From the NCBI GenBank assembly GCA_963803435.1, contig CAWDML010000001.1:2048001-2112000 (forward strand): 64,000 nt of DNA, given 5' to 3'. Origin of the DNA: an uncultured delta proteobacterium (GTDB taxonomy: Bacteria; Myxococcota; Kuafuiibacteriia; Kuafuiibacteriales; Kuafuiibacteriaceae). How positions within the stretch are numbered: position 1 is the first letter of the stretch; every line of letters begins with the position of its first letter. The notes under the pieces were generated by a model. It searched no databases. It was not told the DNA's origin and saw only the letters and a list, made by a program, of their open reading frames with translations. Positions 59,475 to 64,000 of this stretch are shown here, in pieces. Made by a program: the position numbers and the translations under genes.

Positions 59475-59923
59475 GTCTCTTCGGCCAGCATCACCGTGAA
59501 GTCGAGGGTGCAGACCACCTTCTCCTCGCACCGAATCACGCCCGTCATCATGTGCGCGCCCATCTTGGTGAGCTTGTGCTCGGCGAAGATCTCGAGCTCG
59601 TCGCCCGGCTTGATCATTCGCTTGAAACGAACGTGATTCAGCCGAGTCACGACCGGCGCGCCCTTCATGCCGGCGTCGAGGTTGTGCTTGACCGCCATCA
59701 GGTACGCGCCGGCCTGGAGCACGGCCTCGCACAGCAGCACGCCCGGCATGATGGGCTTGTTCGGGTAGTGGCCCTCGAACTGCGGCTCGTCGGCGCGAAC
59801 CTTGCGATGGGCGACGATCGTCTTGTCGGTCATGTCGACGATCTCGTCGATGAAGAGGAACGGCTCCCGGTGGGGGAGGATCTCCTTCACGGGTCGAATG
59901 TTCTTCTCAGATACCACCAGCAA
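59471..59923 (-). CDS. 3-hydroxyacyl-ACP dehydratase (FabZ-like)
   Basis: LPHREPFLFID, FEGHYPNKPIMPGVLLCEA. Confidence 0.92.
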   Translation of the reverse strand: MLVVSEKNIRPVKEILPHREPFLFIDEIVDMTDKTIVAHRKVRADEPQFEGHYPNKPIMPGVLLCEAVLQAGAYLMAVKHNLDAGMKGAPVVTRLNHVRFKRMIKPGDELEIFAEHKLTKMGAHMMTGVIRCEEKVVCTLDFTVMLAEET

Positions 59924-60637
59924 CCTCCAGGACTGCGCCCGTCACGTAGCTCGCTTCGCGGGACGCGAGGAAAAGCACCGCGGCCGCCACCTCGCGCGGC
60001 TCGGCGAATCGGCCCATCGGGACCATCGTGAGAAGCTCCCTCTTCTTGGCCTCGTCGAGGTCGGCCAGGAGCTCGGTGTCGACGAAGCCGGGCGAGACGC
60101 AGTTCACGGTGATGTTGCGCTTCGCCACCTCGCGCGCCAGCGAGCGGGCCAGCGCGATCTGCCCGCCTTGCTGGCGGCGTAGTTCGCCTGCCCGTGAAAG
60201 CCGAGGTGGGCGCTGGGCGAGACCACGTTGATGATGCGGCCGTAGCGCTGGCGCGACATGGCCTGCACCGCGAACTTGGACATGTGGAAGGTACCGTCGA
60301 GGTTGATCTCGAGGACGCCGCTTCCAATCCTCCTGGCGCATCATGCCCACGATGGCATCGCGGCGGATGCCGGCGTTGTTGACCAGCACCTGGACCGGAG
60401 CCTCGAGCCCGCCGAAGAAGCGCTCCGACCGCGGCGTGGTCGGAGACGTCGAGCTGCGCCAGCGTCAGCCGCTCGCGCCCCGGGCCCGTCCGGCGAAGCG
60501 CTCGGCGGCGGCGTCGTCATGTGCGCGTAGATCGCGGTCACCTGGGCGCCGCGGCTCAGGAACGCCTCGGTGAGCGCCGCGCCGATGCCGCGCGTGCCTC
60601 CGGTGACGATCACCCGCTGATCCGAGAGCTCGAACAT
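59907..60637 (-). CDS. 3-oxoacyl-ACP reductase (FabG-like), frameshifted
   Basis: [40 protein letters not shown]. Confidence 0.85.
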
Positions 60638-60639
60638 TC

Positions 60640-62139
<1,500 letters not shown>

Positions 62140-62143
<4 letters not shown>

Positions 62144-63543
62144 GCGCCCGCCCCCGCGCCCAGGCAGTGGCGGTTGGCCATGGCGACGCCGGAGAGCATC
62201 GCGCCCACGATTCCCACCAGGCCCTGGTCGGTGCCGATCAGGAACAGGTTCGAGAGATCGGTCTCGCCGGTCTTCCGCTTGTCCGGCGAGCCGTAGACCG
62301 CGCCGTTCTGCTTGGAGGTGTATTCGGTGACGGTGCGCGGCGTGAAGGCGTCGGTGTACTCGACGTGCGGTCCGAAGTCGGCCGGGAGGTGCTCTGCGAT
62401 CCGCGCCCGCGAGCGCGCCACCCACTCGGTCTTCTCGCGCCCGTAGCGCTCCTGGTCCCAGCCGAACCAGACCCGGTGATCCGCGAGGTGCGTCCCGCGG
62501 ATCACCTTGGTCTCAGGGGCTCGGCGTGGGCGTAGTTCGAGGGCACGGTGACGATGCCGCTCTCCAGATCGACCGGCGCCTCGGGCCGCCGCCAGCGGAA
62601 GCGATCGCGCCGGTTGAAGAAGGTGACGCACGCCGAGAGGCCGAGCGCCTTGGGATCGGTGTCCACGATCCAGGCGCTCTCCAGGAACCCCAGCTGCCCG
62701 GCCGTGGGCGCGCTCGCGCCGCTGCCCCCATCGGAGCGGAGCCGCCCGGTCTCGATCAGCCCCGCCGAGGACAGCACCGCGTCGGCGGTGATCGGCTCGC
62801 CCCTCTCCAGCTCGAGCGCCGTCACCCGGCCGTCGGCCACCACCAGGCGCTCGACGCCGCACCGGCGCCGCATCTCGCCGCCGGCGGCCTCGAGGCGCCG
62901 GACCAGGACGTCGAGGATGGCGCGGATCCCGCGGCGCGGCCGGCAGAAGCCCTCGCGGTAGACGGAGTTGAAGAGGATCGCGAAGAGGTCGAAGTCGAGG
63001 TCGTCCTCCTCGGCGCTGCCGTACCACATCAGCGGGCAGAGCAGCATGTCGGTGAGGAGCGGATCGCGGAGGTACTCCGAGAGCACGCGGCGCGCCGAGG
63101 TGTGGGGCGCGGCAGCCGTCGGATCGGGATAGTCGGTGGGCCGGCCCGCCAGGCGGCGAAAGCCGTCCACCTCTGCCGGGAAGGTCGACGCGATCTCGCT
63201 CGGTCAGCACCTCGAGCCCGTTCTCGAAGCGGAGCCGCGCCTCGCCGAAGACGATCTCGGAGAAGGTCTGGGGCTCCAGCTCGAGCTCGTCGCGCGCGAT
63301 GCGGAGCTGGCGGAGCAGCCGGAGCAGCGGCGGCCGCGGGCCCTGGTAGTCGCGCGGGACGTAGTTGGTGACCGCGTGGAGCCCCGTGTCGAAGTGGTGG
63401 CCGTCCTTCTTGTAGAAGGAGTTCAGCCCCCCGTAGACGCTATGCTTCTCGAGGATGACGACGCGCCGACCGAAGTGCGCCAGACGTACGCCCGCGGCCA
63501 GGCCCGACATGCCGGCCCCGATGATGGCGACGTCGTAGTGCAT
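62140..63543 (-). CDS. Phytoene-desaturase-family FAD oxidoreductase 1, frameshifted
   Basis: [35 protein letters not shown]...[26 protein letters not shown]. Confidence 0.85.
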
Positions 63544-63813
63544 TCACGCCTTGGCCTTGACGTCGAGCGCGTCCAGCATCGGTTTGAGGTAGCTGACACA
63601 GCCGTCGAGGGTGGCGAGCCGCATGTAGTCCTCTTCCGGGACCTCGATCTTGTAGCGCTTGCGTAGCTCCATCACGATATCGAGGAAGTCCATCGAGTCG
63701 AGATCGAGCTGATCTCTGAGCCGCACGTCCGGCTTCACGTCCGAGATGTCCTCGTCGGGCGCGATGTCGTGGATGATGTCGAGAATCAGCTCGCGAACTT
63801 GTTCGTCCGTCAT
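63544..63813 (-). CDS. Acyl carrier protein
   Basis: LDLDSMDFLDIVMEL phosphopantetheine motif. Confidence 0.93.
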   Translation of the reverse strand: MTDEQVRELILDIIHDIAPDEDISDVKPDVRLRDQLDLDSMDFLDIVMELRKRYKIEVPEEDYMRLATLDGCVSYLKPMLDALDVKAKA

Positions 63814-64000
63814 GTCTCCGCCCTGTAGCGCTTGATGATCACGCAGGAATTGATACCGAGCATCCCGAAGGAGTTGTTGAGGATCGCGTCCACGCTCTTG
63901 AGCTCGAGCGGCGCGCCGCTCACCAGGTTGTTGATCGCGCACTCGGGATCGAGATCGTCGAGGTTGATGGTGGGATGGACCATGCGATCCTCGAACGAGG
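63810..64000 (-). CDS. Beta-ketoacyl-ACP synthase C-terminus (partial)
   Basis: HPTINLDDLDPEC...ILNNSFGMLGINS; ATGA overlap with the ACP gene. Confidence 0.88.
   Translation of the reverse strand, partial: SFEDRMVHPTINLDDLDPECAINNLVSGAPLELKSVDAILNNSFGMLGINSCVIIKRYRAET

Overview
High-GC (~70%) chromosomal window that looks myxobacterial/deltaproteobacterial (many lipoproteins, FHA-sigma54 activator with Ser/Thr kinase, STAND-TPR protein). Recognisable content: SDR-QueA-like pair, MtgA-like transglycosylase, tyrS, a complete oleABCD olefin-biosynthesis operon (17.2-21.9 kb), xth, two convergent Crp/Fnr genes, and, running off the right edge, a type II fatty-acid-synthase-like operon containing two phytoene-desaturase-family flavoproteins (KAS-ACP-ox-ox-FabG-FabZ-FabI). 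Two inverted, internally deleted copies of an IS1182-family element carrying a four-helix-bundle passenger gene flank an 8.4-kb accessory block; the right copy has ~70-bp TIRs ending in CTAG. In that block a lipoprotein ORF has an in-frame TGA followed by an fdhF-like SECIS hairpin and 51 further codon-biased codons, making it a candidate new selenoprotein. Many single-base frameshifts, densest after 58.6 kb, look like sequencing errors. No tRNA, rRNA or CRISPR array was seen. All protein calls are motif recognition by eye; no searches were run.
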